Under the pieces are notes generated by a model that was not told where the DNA came from, did no database searches, and worked only from the letters and a program-made list of their open reading frames with translations. The translations under genes and the position numbers were made by a program. From Stegostoma tigrinum (Eukaryota), in contig NC_081382.1 of assembly GCF_030684315.1 (NCBI RefSeq), positions 4,000,833-4,064,832 on the forward strand: a stretch of DNA of 64,000 bases, given 5' to 3'. Of the stretch, positions 36,281-48,120 are shown in pieces; the stretch's first letter is position 1; the number at the start of each line of letters is the position of its first letter.

Positions 36281-37177
36281 TTACTCACCGTGTTCCTGTT
36301 TATTTAAAGTAAATGCATTTATTTATTCGGTGTCCCTGTTTGTTTAGAGTAAAGCTTACTCTGTATGCTATAGGCTGAAGAAGGGTCCAGACTTGAAACG
36401 TCAGCTTTCCTGCTCCTCTGATGCTGCGTGGCCTGCTGTGTTCATCCAGCTCAACACCTTGTTATTTCAGACTCCAGTAACGAAAGTTCCTACAATCTCT
36501 TACTCTGTAAGCTCATGTTTATTTAGAGTAAGGACTACTCACTGCGTTCCTCTTTATTTAAAGCAAATGTTACTCTCTGTGTTCCTGAATATTTAAAAGA
36601 AGAGCTACTCACCATGTTCCTGTTCATTTCAAGTAAGTCTTACCTTTTGTGTTCTTGATTATTTAAAGCAAGGGTCAATTACTGTGTTCCGTTCATTTTT
36701 AAAATAATGGCTGCTTTGTGTTACTGTTTACTTAGAGTAAGGCTTACCTTTTGTGTTCTTGTTGATTTAGAGCAAGGATTATGCTCTGTGTTCATGTTTA
36801 GTTAGAGTAAGGGTTTTTCACCATCCCAGATTCTCCCACAAGAGGAAGTTTCCTTCCCACATTTATGCCATGAAGCCCCCTCAGATTGCTACATGTTTAA
36901 ACCAAGTCTCTGCTTAATCTTCTAAACTCCACTGTGTACAAAATTACCCTGTCCAATCTTCTGTCGTAACACTGCCGACCCATTACAGACATTAGTCAAG
37001 AAAGCCTTAGGGTCATAGAGTCAGACAGCATGGAAACAGACTGTTCTGTCCAAATCATCCATTTATAAAGTCATGGGGGGCATAGATGGGGTGAATAGCC
37101 AAGATCTTTTTCATACGGTGGGGAGTCGAAAATTAGATGACATATTAAGATAAGAGGGAAAAATGTTAAAAAGAACC

Positions 37178-37521
37178 AGGTATACAAGATAATGAGAGGC
37201 ATAGATAGAGTTGATAGCCAGAGACTATTTCCCAGGGCAGAAATGGCTAGCACGAGGGGTCATAGTTTTAAGCTTGTTGGAGGAAAGTATAGAGGGGATG
37301 TCAGAGGCGGGTTCTTTACACAGAGAGTTGTGAGAGCATGGAATGCGTTGCCAGCAGCAGTTGTGGAAGCAAGGTCATTGGGGTCATTTAAGAGACTGCT
37401 GGACATGTATATGGTCACAGAAATTTGAGGGTGCATACATGAGGATCAATGGTCGGCACAACATTGTGGACTGAAGGGCCTGTTCTGTGCTGTACTGTTC
37501 TATGTTCTATGTTCTATGTTC
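37178..37521 (+). mobile_element. Young CR1 3' end with (TTCTATG)n tail
   Basis: MRGIDRVDSQRLFP…FFTQRVVRAWNALP; tail tgttctatgttctatgttctatgttc. Confidence 0.9.
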
Positions 37522-38709
37522 TTGGATCTTTAGAGTAGCTGTCACTCTTGTGTCCTTGCTTACTTACAGCATTGATTTCTCTTTGTGTTTCTGTTTCTCT
37601 GAATGTTATCTGGGCTCCTGAATTAGCAGTCCAGCAATAATACCACTAGGCCGTTGCCTCCCCTCCAGTAGGAATTGTTTAGAGGGATATGGGCCAAATG
37701 GAGGCAAATGTTCAGTTTAGGATACCTGGTTGGCATGAACAAATTGGACTGAAGGGTCTGTTTCCATGCTGTATGACTCTAAAACTGTGACTGTATAAAA
37801 TTAGTTGGCCCAGCATATGTCTTTGATAGCTGTTACTTATTTTTCTTCTCTTTACTATGCTCTGGCCTCAGTGCTGCACATACAGCATCTTCTGCATCCA
37901 TCCTCATTTAAATGTATCCATTGTTGCTCTAGACAAGCTCCGTATTTGTATGCTGCTTCTGTACTTTGTGAAAGATAGATTTGCAATGACTCAAGAAGAC
38001 AGTTCTCTAACACCTTCTCCAGGGCAACCAGGGATGGGCAATAACTACTGTCCGAGGCAGTGAAACCCACATCCTGTGAATGAATAGAAAATAATCCACA
38101 TGGGAGTCCTTACCTCAACATGCCTTATCCTACCAGGCTTTCCTTACTCAATCTGGCTTTACCCTAGTCAGAGTTGACCACTGCCTCAACTGCTTGTATC
38201 TCCTCTTGCGTTTGGTGATCCTTCTTTATGCAGGCACTGTGTACCACTATCCTCTAGGAATAATACCTCAAACATTTTCCAGTAATTCCACAGCTCTCAG
38301 CAGCTCCTTATCCAAACATAACCATTTTGATGTAGGTGCTGCCAATGTTGCCCGGCAACAATTTTCAGGCTTTCCAATATTTTGTGCTGAATAAAGAAGT
38401 CTTTGGCTGCTGAAACCCTGTAACGAGCAAGATCTAGCACGGGAGTTTCCACAGGAAAGGATGTCTAAACATACCTGTAACATTGCTTTGCTATGCACTG
38501 TTCACATTGCCAATAACAGGAAATTGCACACCGAAACATATTCTAGAATTTTTCAGCACGGTAAGGAGTATGTAACTGTGTGATCTTCCTGTTGATTCAG
38601 CAGTGTGAGGATTACACAGTTTTGATGTAGAGGACCCGAAACGTTAACTCTGATTTTTTTCTTCACCGATGCAGCCAGACCTGCTGAGCTTTTCCAGCGA
38701 TTTCTGTTT

Positions 38710-41285
38710 TTGTACAAAACTTGGTTATCAGTTTCTGCTCGGCGATTCTGCATTGTGTATCTCGAAAGCTGCCTTGGATTTCGCTTACCTGAAGATCGAA
38801 GGCTGGATGTCCTTTACCACTGAAGTGTCCCCTGACTGGAAGGGAACAGGGAACATCCTGCCTGGTGCTTGTTGCATATACATTCATCTGTTTTCATAGC
38901 CTCTGCATGTCTTGTCAATATACCATGCCTCAGGGCATCCTTGCCTGCAGTGTTTGCGATAGACAACACTGGCCGAGTCACTTTACTATCTGCCATATAC
39001 ATGTTAGGTGGTGTTCTCATGTGTGATGGTAGTGTCCATGTTGATGATCAGACATGTCTTGCAGAGGTTGCTGTGTCAGCGTTGTGTAGAGTTATGGTCC
39101 TGTTGTTGCCCTGAAGGCTGGGCAGTTTGCTGAGAACGATGGTCTGTTTAAGGATTGGTAGTTGAAGGCGAGACATGGGGGCATAGGGGCGCTCTTGGTG
39201 TAATGCTTGTCGTCATCAATGACATGTTGAAGGTTGTGAAGAACATGGTGTTCTGGCTGATGAAGTGTACTCTATTGGTTGCGTCCTGCATCTGTCTTCT
39301 GTGGAGGTGGATGCAGTTTTTTGCTGTGCCACATCAGAACTGGCGATCGATGAGTTGAGCATCATATCCCGTTCTTTTGAGGGTGTCTTCCAGCATCTTT
39401 AACTGTCCATTGCGTTACTCCTCACCTGAGCAGATCCTGTGTATGTGCAGGGCTTGTCCATTAGGGGTGACTTCTTCATGTTTAGGATGGAAGCTAGAGA
39501 AGTGCAGCATCATGAGGTTATCCATAGGCTTGCAGTAGAGTGAGGTACTGAGGTGTCTGCTCCTGATGGAGCTGTTTGTGTCCAAGACCAAGACTGATTC
39601 AGAAGAGTAGTCCATGATAAGTCTGAAGGTGGCATGAAACCTGTTGATATCATTATGTAATTGTTTCAGTGATTCCTTGCCATCAGTCCAGAGGAATAAA
39701 ATGTCATCAGTGTATCTGGTATATAGTATCAGAGATAATGGGAACTGCAGATGCTGGAGAATCCAAGATAACAAAATGTAAGGCTGGATGAACACAGCAG
39801 GCCAAGCAGCATCTCAGGAGCACAAAAGCTGACGTTTCAGGCCTAGACCCGAAACATCAGCTTTTGTGCTCCTGAGATGCAGCTTGGCCTGCTGTGTTCG
39901 TCCGGCCTCACATTTTGTTATCTGGTGTATAGCGTTGGTTGGAAGTCCTGTGCAGCAAAGTAGTCTGTCTTGACCATATGTATGAAAATGTTGACAGGGT
40001 TAGCACTGCAGCCTCACAGCGCCAGGGACCCAGCTTCAATTCCCACCTCGGGTGACTGTCTGTGTGGAGTTTACACATTCTCCCCGTGTCTGCGTGGGTT
40101 TCCTCCAGGTGCTCCGGTTTCCTCCCACAGTCCAAAGATGTGCAGGCTAGGTGGATCGGTCATGCTAAATTGCCCGTAGTGTTCAGGGTGTGTGGGTTAT
40201 GGGGGATAGGTCTGGATGGGATGCTTCAAGGGCGGTGTGGACTTGTTGGGCCAAGGGGCCTGTTTTCACACTATAGGGAATCTAAAAAAAATCTCAAATC
40301 TAAAAATATTGGAGTACACATTTTGTCCTTTTGGCTGTTCCATGTGTCTGGATGAAGAACTAGTTGTTGAAGGTGGAGATGCTGTGGTCAAGGATGAAGG
40401 GGATGAGTTGTAGGATGGCATCTGGAAATTGGCAGTTGGCGATCTAGACTACCGAAGCTGTTGCTGTGAAGCAGTCTTTCTGGCAGATGCTGGTGTAGAG
40501 TGTCAAAACTATACTCAGAATGGTCTGTAGGTGCTGAGTTGCTGTAAGAAATCTGTACAGTCACGGCAGAAAGTGGCATTCTTTGTACAATGGGTTGCCC
40601 TCAAACTAAGCAGAGAGGTTCTCACACAGAGTCCCGTTGCCTGATTCGATGCCTCCAAAGCAGCCTTCAAGATACAGGACAATGCAGAATTGCCAAGCAG
40701 AAGCTGATAGCCAAGTTCTGTACCCATGTAGACGGCCTCAACCATGATCTTGGGTTTATGTTGTGCTACATGTAAACCCACCATACTGTTCTGTATTTGT
40801 AAAATCTTCCCTAATACCATGGTTTGACACCATCACCTTGATAAATTATTATAATCTCTGTACCTTAATTAGTTTGTACAGTTACTTTGGTTAGACCCTC
40901 GGCAGGTGACTCTCATACCTATCATGTTATTCCAGCCGTTTGGTTTGTCTCCATCACAATCTTATTTTCAATTATTTGCAATTATCTCTGTGCCTCAATT
41001 AATTGGATTAAAGGTCATCCCATTCTCCTACTATTCAGCTGTTGATACTTTCACACTTTACTGACACTTTTGATCACCTGCACAGATTTCTTATTCAGCA
41101 CTGTGCTCACACCATTTGTACGATCTTTTGAGCTCTCTGCCCAAAGATGTGTCTGCCTATAAATTCTGTGCCTCTGCATGCTTTTCTTCACTTCACCTGA
41201 TAAAGGGTCAGCATTTCGAAACTTGTGATTTCAAGTAAACCTTCTGGATTATAACATGGTGTTGTATGACTTGTGGCCATGTTTA
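38710..41285 (-). mobile_element. Penelope-like element: RT and GIY-YIG remnant on -, joined to an inverted 3' end/pLTR on + (~40590-41285)
   Basis: RYTDDILFLWT…YCKPMDNLMMLHFSSFHPKH…GQALHIHRICS (PLE RT). AEQKLITKF on - and AKQKLIAKFCTHVDGLNHDLGFM on +. Decayed hammerhead at 41193-41228. Contains nested palindrome 39730-39920 and HE1 SINE ~40000-40285. Confidence 0.85.
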
Positions 41286-42534
41286 AGCTTCATAGTTTAA
41301 GATATTGGGTAAGCCATTTAGGCCTGAGATGAGGAGAAATTTCTTCACTCAGAGAGCAGCGAGTCTGTGGAAATCTTTGCCACAGAAAGCAGTTGAGGCC
41401 AAAACACTGAATGTTTGCAAGAAGGATAGTTCTTGGGGGTAAAGTGATTAAGGGCAGGGGGAGAAACTGGGAATAGGGTACTGAATTGATCAGCTATTAT
41501 CATATTGAATAGTGGAGCAGGTTCGAAGGGCTGAATCACCTACTCGTGCTATTATTCTTTTCTCTATGTTTCTATGTATATGTGACTCTGAATGTGTGCA
41601 TGTTTATTTGTTTGTGTTACAGTCTGTGTAACAGATGGTGCACCTCAGGTGAAGCAACACAAATGAGAAATCTAATTTCAGCAATACACAGGCAATTCCT
41701 GAAGCAGCAATTTATCTTGTTTGAAGTGATAGAGTAATCTCTGTGGACATTAGCAAGGCAGAATGGTGCTTGCACTATGCATTTAAATGCATGTCTTATG
41801 GTAGGGAGACAGACAAATACACGCACATAGTTTCTCAGTCAGACAATCGGTAAACATGAGTGCATGGAAAGTCAGACATTCTCGCAAGAAAGCAAACATA
41901 CAGACATCTATATATATGTGATGCACTGATGTATAACGACACACATGCATACGACACTATTGTACACAGGCATGTAGATTAAATACTGATAGACATATAC
42001 ATGACATACTGTGTGTATTTTATATATAAATAATCTGACATACTCAAGCACGTATTTAACACATAATTACACATAACATAACTAAACATTATTCGTAAAG
42101 AATCCAGTTTTTGATGTGCAATGTATGAACAAATAGTCCCAGTCAGGAATTTAGATTTTTCATAAAAATGTGAGAGACATGAAAGCATTCCTAACCAGAA
42201 GAATCCAGAAGTTTAAGGTATTCGTGACGGAGCCGGCTTCACATTAATCAGTTCTGATAAAGGATGGAAAACAATCTCTCACACTAAATTTGAGAGTGGT
42301 CTGAAGATGTTGACTTAATTTGATCACGCCTTTATAGCGAGGCCCCGTGATTGTCTGCATTTACCACATTCCATGCAGTCACAGGATGTGTAAAAATGAT
42401 GCTGGCTGAATCAGAGAACAGTAGGTGGTTGATGACTTATAAGTAAGGGTTGTATAGTGTTTTGGGAAATACAGCACACTGTCCTGGCAGCATGAACACT
42501 TGAATTCAAGCCCAAGTCAACTGGATTGAGCAAT

Positions 42535-42945
42535 GAGCTCCGCAGTGGCACAGTTTGGTGAGAGTCTTGTGCCTCTGCGTCAGAACGTCATGGATTCAAG
42601 ATGTACTCTCAGAGGCTTGAGCACAATGTCTAGGCTAAAACTCCAGTTCAGTAACCAGCAAGTGCTGCACTGTCAGGTGTTGTCTTTTGGAATATTGCTT
42701 AAACCAGAGCGGTCTCTCAGAGCGATGTGGAAGATTCCATGGTGCTACTTTGAAGACATTCAGCAGATTTGTTTCCCTGGTATCCAGGTCAAATTTAATC
42801 TTTAATCATAATTACCAAAGCAAATGAACACATTGCTGACTGTGGGATTTGCTCTGTGCAAATTAGCTGATCGCATTTCTACATCCCACTAGGAAGTACA
42901 CTTTAAAAATACTCACTGGTTGTAAAGTGCATTGAGATGACCTTA
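42535..42945 (+). mobile_element. Deu-domain SINE (SacSINE1/AmnSINE-like), decayed
   Basis: tRNA-like head then gtgctgcactgtcagg…ttaaacc…aagattccatggtgctactttgaaga. Confidence 0.7.
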
Positions 42946-43149
42946 AGTCTGAATTCTTTGATTTCTAACTCTCAGTAGGAGGGATCATGTCTGAATTGCG
43001 TTTGCTATGAACTTGGGTATTTTGCAAGTAGCTTCTTAGATTCAGGAGATAGAAAAAAAGAGTTAGAAATAAAGGTGTGCTAATGACAGGTGTAAGACAC
43101 AAAAGTTAATGGAGAACCAGTCTGAATAGAGAAGGTTCGGAAAGGAGAT

Positions 43150-45400
43150 AAAAAAAACAAGAGAAGCAAAGACAGGCTATGAAAAGAGACTGGCAGCTAA
43201 TATAAAAGGGAATCCTAAAATCATCCGTGGTTACTTAAATAATCAAAGGGTGGTAAAAGGGGTGGGGTCAATTAAGGACCAAGAAAAGTGGTTTTGCACA
43301 TGGGGGCTGAAGCCTGACTGAGGGTCAATCCAATAAAAGAAAAGCAATCGGTTTATCTTTGGTGGTGAAGAAACTCATTTGGGCCAGAATTAGTAGTCGC
43401 ATGGACAAATGTAATTAGAAAGAACCAGAGATAATGGGAACTGCAGATGCTGGAGAATCCAAGATAATAAAGTGTGGAGCCGGATGAACACAGCAGGCCA
43501 AGCAGCATCTCAGGAGCACAAAAGCTGATGTTTCGGGCCTAGACCCTTCATCAGAGAGGGGGATGGGGTGAGGGAACTGGAATGAATAGGGAGAGAGGGG
43601 GAGGCAGACCGAAGATGGAGAGAAAAGAAGATAGGTGGAGAGAGTATAGGTGGGGAGGTAGGGAGGGGATAGGTCAGTCCAGGGAAGACGGACAGGTCAA
43701 GGAGGTGGGATGAGGTTAGTAGGTAGGAAATGGAGGTGCGGCTTGGGGTGGGAGGAAGGGATGGGTGAGAGGAAGAACAGGTTAGGGAGGCAGAGACATG
43801 CTGGGCTGGTTTTGGGATGCAGTGGGGGGAGGGGAAGAACTGGGCTGGTTGTGTGGTGCAGTGGGGGAAGGGGACGAACTGGGCTGGTTTTCGGATGCGG
43901 TGGGGGAAGGGGAGATTTTGAAGCTGGTGAAGTCCATATTGATACCATTGGGCTGCAGGGTTCCCAAGCGGAATATGAGTTGCTGTTCCTGCAACCTTCA
44001 GGTGGCATCATTGTGGCACTGCAGGAGGCCCATGATGCCATGATGGACTGTCATCTAAAGAATGGGAGGGAGAGTTGAAATGGTTCGTGACTGGGAGGTG
44101 CAGTTGTTTATTGTGAACCGAGCGGAGGTGTTCTGCAAAGCGGTCCCCAAGACTCTGCTTAGTTTCCCCAATGTGGAGGAAGTCACACCGGGTACAATGG
44201 ATACAGTATACCACATTGGCAGATGTGCAGGTGAACCTCTGCTTAATATGCAAAGTCATCTTGGGGCCTGGGATAGGGGTGAGGGAGGAGGTGTGGGGGC
44301 AAGTGCAGCACTTGCTGAGGTTGCAGGGGAAGGTGCCGGGTGTGGCGGGGTTGGAGGGCAGTGTGGAGAGAACCAGCATGGATTTGAGGGAAAATCATGG
44401 GGAACTGACATGCTGGAATTTTTGAAAGAGTCGTGGCTTTCCAAAAGGTTTTTAATACGCAAAACAGAGCAAAGTTAGAGCACACGGAATAAATAAGGCA
44501 GCAGAAACATGGATACAAAATTTACTGTGGGACAGGCAGTAATGGTTAATGGATACTTTTTGGACTGAAGGCACATTTGGAGTGGAGTTCTCTACGAGCT
44601 TGTTTTGGGTCTTTCATTTTCCTTATATACATTGATAACCTAAACAGAAGGCAATTTCAAAGTTTGAGGACAATATGAAACATGGAAGCACTATAGGTTT
44701 TGAGGAGGGCAGAGTAGCACTCTGACATTGATTAGCTGAGAAATAAATAAAGTCTAATGCAGAGAAATGCAAGATGATACATTTTGGTAGAAAGAACGTA
44801 GAGAGACAGTGCAAAATAGAAGGTACAAACTCCAAAGTATTTGCAGGACCAGAGGCGCCTGGATGTATGTGTGCATAAGCTGTTCAAGGTAATAGGACAG
44901 GTGGAGAGTGCAGTTAATAATGAATACTATATCCTCAGCTTTAATAATAGAGCCATAGAGTTAAAAAGCAAGGAAGTGATGCTGATCTTGTATAAGACAG
45001 TGGCTGGACCTCTGTGGAGTATTGTGTCCAGTCCTGGGCACCACGCTTCATGATGGATGTGAATGCATTGGAAAGAATGCAGAGAAGGTTTCTGAAAATA
45101 GTTCCAAAAAGTAAAAACTTCAGTCATAAAGATATACTGGAGACGCTGGCGTCGCTGGACCTGAAATGTTTACTCTGATTTCTTGCTGTCAGACCTGCTG
45201 TCTTTTGTACCCAGAATGCAGAACTTGCAAGTAAGATGGAGGCAGATTCACTTCAGACATTCAAGAAGCTTTGGATGATTATGTGAGTAGGAGCAATATA
45301 CAGGGTTATGGGGAAAAGGCAGAAGAATAACACTAAACCATACTGCTTATTCAGAAGCCAGTGCAAAAATAATGGCATCCTTCTGCACTGTAACAATTCT
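43150..45400 (+). mobile_element. Old CR1 LINE interrupted by a Penelope-like element
   Basis: IELKSKEVMLILYKTVAGPL and other CR1 motifs on both sides of the insertion. Confidence 0.75.
43428..44370 (-). mobile_element. 5'-truncated Penelope-like element (GIY-YIG endonuclease plus pLTR with hammerhead at 43527-43554)
   Basis: HIKQRFTCTSANVVYCIHCTRCDFLHIGETKQSLGDRFAEHLRSV…VTNHFNSPSHS. Flanked by agaaccag. This is the likely source family of the short elements. Confidence 0.92.
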
Positions 45401-46719
45401 ATTCCTCCGTAATTCAGTACCTGCCTGTCGCTAGTATTGTACCCTTCGATGGAAGTTGACTCTCAACACCCTATATATGTCTGAATGGCAGTGCAGCCTG
45501 GGCAGTTACCATAGAATAACCTTGTGAGCTGAATTGGCTATTTGAACGTTCCTTAATTTCTTCAAAGATGGAATCTGAGAGAATATATGGCAAAACAAGG
45601 CGATACATAACCTGTTTCCCTTCCCATTGAGTCAATTTACAGATTAATAGTTAACAACCCACTTAACCGAATCAGAATATCAGTGTCAACTTGGACCAAT
45701 GGAAATGTATCTCTTTGCTGGATGTGGGATTTTACTGTTTACACATCAGCTCCTGTGGTTCTTCCCACAATGGGGACGACTCTCTGAAAATGATTCCTTA
45801 GCTGTGAAACACTTTGGAGGTCACAGTCATAAGATGCTCTTTATATAACGTATAATTATCTTCATGACACAAATCAAGGAAACCTTATGTTTCCCACATC
45901 ATCTTCCTTGAACAAGAGGTTTTCTAAGATTCTTCCACCATCAGTTTGATTTTCAGAAGTTATTTAAAAGTCTAGTGGCTCTCCATAACCCTCTGTTAAA
46001 AAAGCCATCTTCTACTTATTTTTCTTTCTACATATACAGATATATATCTTTACATATATATTTTACATATACAGATATATATCTTTACATATATCAAGGA
46101 GCTACCCAAGAAAATGAGAACTGGGCAATGAATGGTTTCCTAGGTTATTCCAGAATGCAGTTAATGAACCACCACATCGCTGAGGGTCTGGATTCATATA
46201 CATCTCAGACTGGGTTTCCCTTCCTGAAGATTTCCTTTCCCAAAGGGCATCAGGAAACGAGATAGATTTTTGTGACAATCCAGTGACAATTTTGTGACAT
46301 GTTCATTACTATTAATACTAGCATTTTCATTCCAGATTTATTTAATCAAATGAATTTAAACACTACATCTTTCTTTGTAAGACTTGAACTCTTGTCTATA
46401 AAGCACAAGTCCAGACCTCTTTATTCTCAGCCATTATGCTCCTGCGTATCTGTTGCCTAGATGCCTTCTTTAGAAAAAAATGAATATGTTTTGCTCAAAC
46501 ATTAAATATAATCCATATTTTTTTTTAACAACAGTACGAGGTTTAACCTGTAACAGAACAGAATTGATGCAATCCTGTCCCTTTGTTTGAAATACTGATT
46601 TTTCACACTGTTTTCCAGTCCTCAGAGATAGGACCCATTTTTAACATGTCCCTGAAAAGCTTGGGGTCCATCTGCATGTTCTCTGTTACACTTGTACTTG
46701 CACTGAAAACTCACACATG

Positions 46720-47335
46720 CACTTGTCAGCTGTGGCTGTATGGATAGTCCTGTCATCTCTGAGTCACAAAGTCTGGTTTCAAGATCCACACCACAACTTG
46801 AGCGCAAAGATCAAAGCTGACACTTCAGTGCAGAATGGAAGGAGTCCATTCCTGCACAAATCCAAGTATGGGCCTATAGGCCTGCATACTACAGGTGTGA
46901 AATGAAAAAAATGGAAAGGCTTCACATTTGTTTACTGCCTTCCCTGGCCACCAGATGTCCCAAAGTGCTTCTGAAGTGTAGTATCTACTGTAATGTACGA
47001 AACATAGAAGCCAATTTAAGTTGAACAAGCTTCCACAAACAGCAACAGCATCTTTCGAAAGAGATGTTAAACTGAGGCCCGCTCTGCCTGTTCAGGTGGG
47101 TGTAAAAGATCCTTTGGCACTGTTTTGAAGAAGTGCGGGGGTCATCTCCCTGATGCGCTGGTCAATATTTATCTTTCAATCAGCATGGTTAAAGCAGATT
47201 ATCTGCTCTTGATCACATTGCTCTTTGTGGGAGTTTATTGAGTGTAAGTTGATTTCCATATTTCAAAAGTATTTCATTGATTGCAAAGTACTTTACGATG
47301 TTTGGTGGTGACAAAAAGTCTACAGATGTGAAACC
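46720..47335 (+). mobile_element. Deu-domain SINE with an internal insertion
   Basis: tctttcgaaagagatgttaaactgaggccc…aggtgggtgtaaaagatcctttggcactgttttgaaga. Confidence 0.75.
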
Positions 47336-47959
47336 TTTCTCGTTTACTTCTTTCTCTCTCCAACATGCACCACACGCACATGCACGCATACACACACAGG
47401 AAAGAATACTTCACACAAGAACATCTACTTGCAATCACTTTCACATAAACATACAGTTACACACAGCTACATGTATTCATACACAGACATGTACTTTACA
47501 AATGGAAAACAATAAAAATCCTGGTTGCTAAGATATGAAGGGAGACGCTGAGCATGATGAGCAGAGGCTTGGTTAAAGGTTGGGTGTTAACATGTTCATT
47601 AGGACAGTAAATGCCAAAAAGCAACACATCTCATGACAAGATATTTTAAAAAATGAGGCAAAGGGGAACTTGAGGGCTTGGGGTGAGATTTTCACATAAT
47701 GTGGTGAAGACAGTTAAATGCTTAGTCCTTGAAGGTGAAAAAACCCACAAAACAATCAAAGGGCCAAAGGGTGGTGAAATAAGTCTCAAAGTGGAAGTAG
47801 AGGGAGATGATAATGAAATAGATGGGGTGGAAAATACTGACCATATTTGACAGTCTTGTAACAAATCAAGCCTACCTCAAAAAAAGACTGGGATCCCAAC
47901 CTAGTCAAAGATCTGCTGACAGCTGTTCTTACTCAATACAAGCTAAACCAAAAGTCTGA

Positions 47960-48120
47960 TGGACATAAACTATACAACACAACATGACTGACACAAACTA
48001 TACCGCACAATGTGACTGACACAAATTACATCTCATTGTGTGACTAACACAAACTAAACAGTCTGATATACACAGTCTACAGCACATCGTGTGACTGACA
48101 CAAACTACACCACAGCATGT
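47960..48120. repeat. Diverged ~28-bp tandem repeat (tgactgacacaaactatac…)
   Basis: About 5 copies of tgactgacacaaac. Confidence 0.7.

Larger units (their letters stand above)
31950..37600. repeat. Old AT-rich satellite (~32-34 bp, ttactctgtgttcctgtttatttagagtaaggc) broken into blocks by retroelement insertions
   Basis: Blocks at ~31950-32130, 33820-34370, 35280-35650, 36280-36370, 36480-36820 and 37520-37600. Confidence 0.8.

Noticed and set aside
45510-45574. 65-nt - strand segment with good acceptor and donor, open in two frames
   Set aside because: No recognisable protein similarity and no partner exon identified.
46029-46095. 35-bp direct duplication of AT-rich sequence
   Set aside because: Simple slippage in (TA)-rich DNA with no sign of function.
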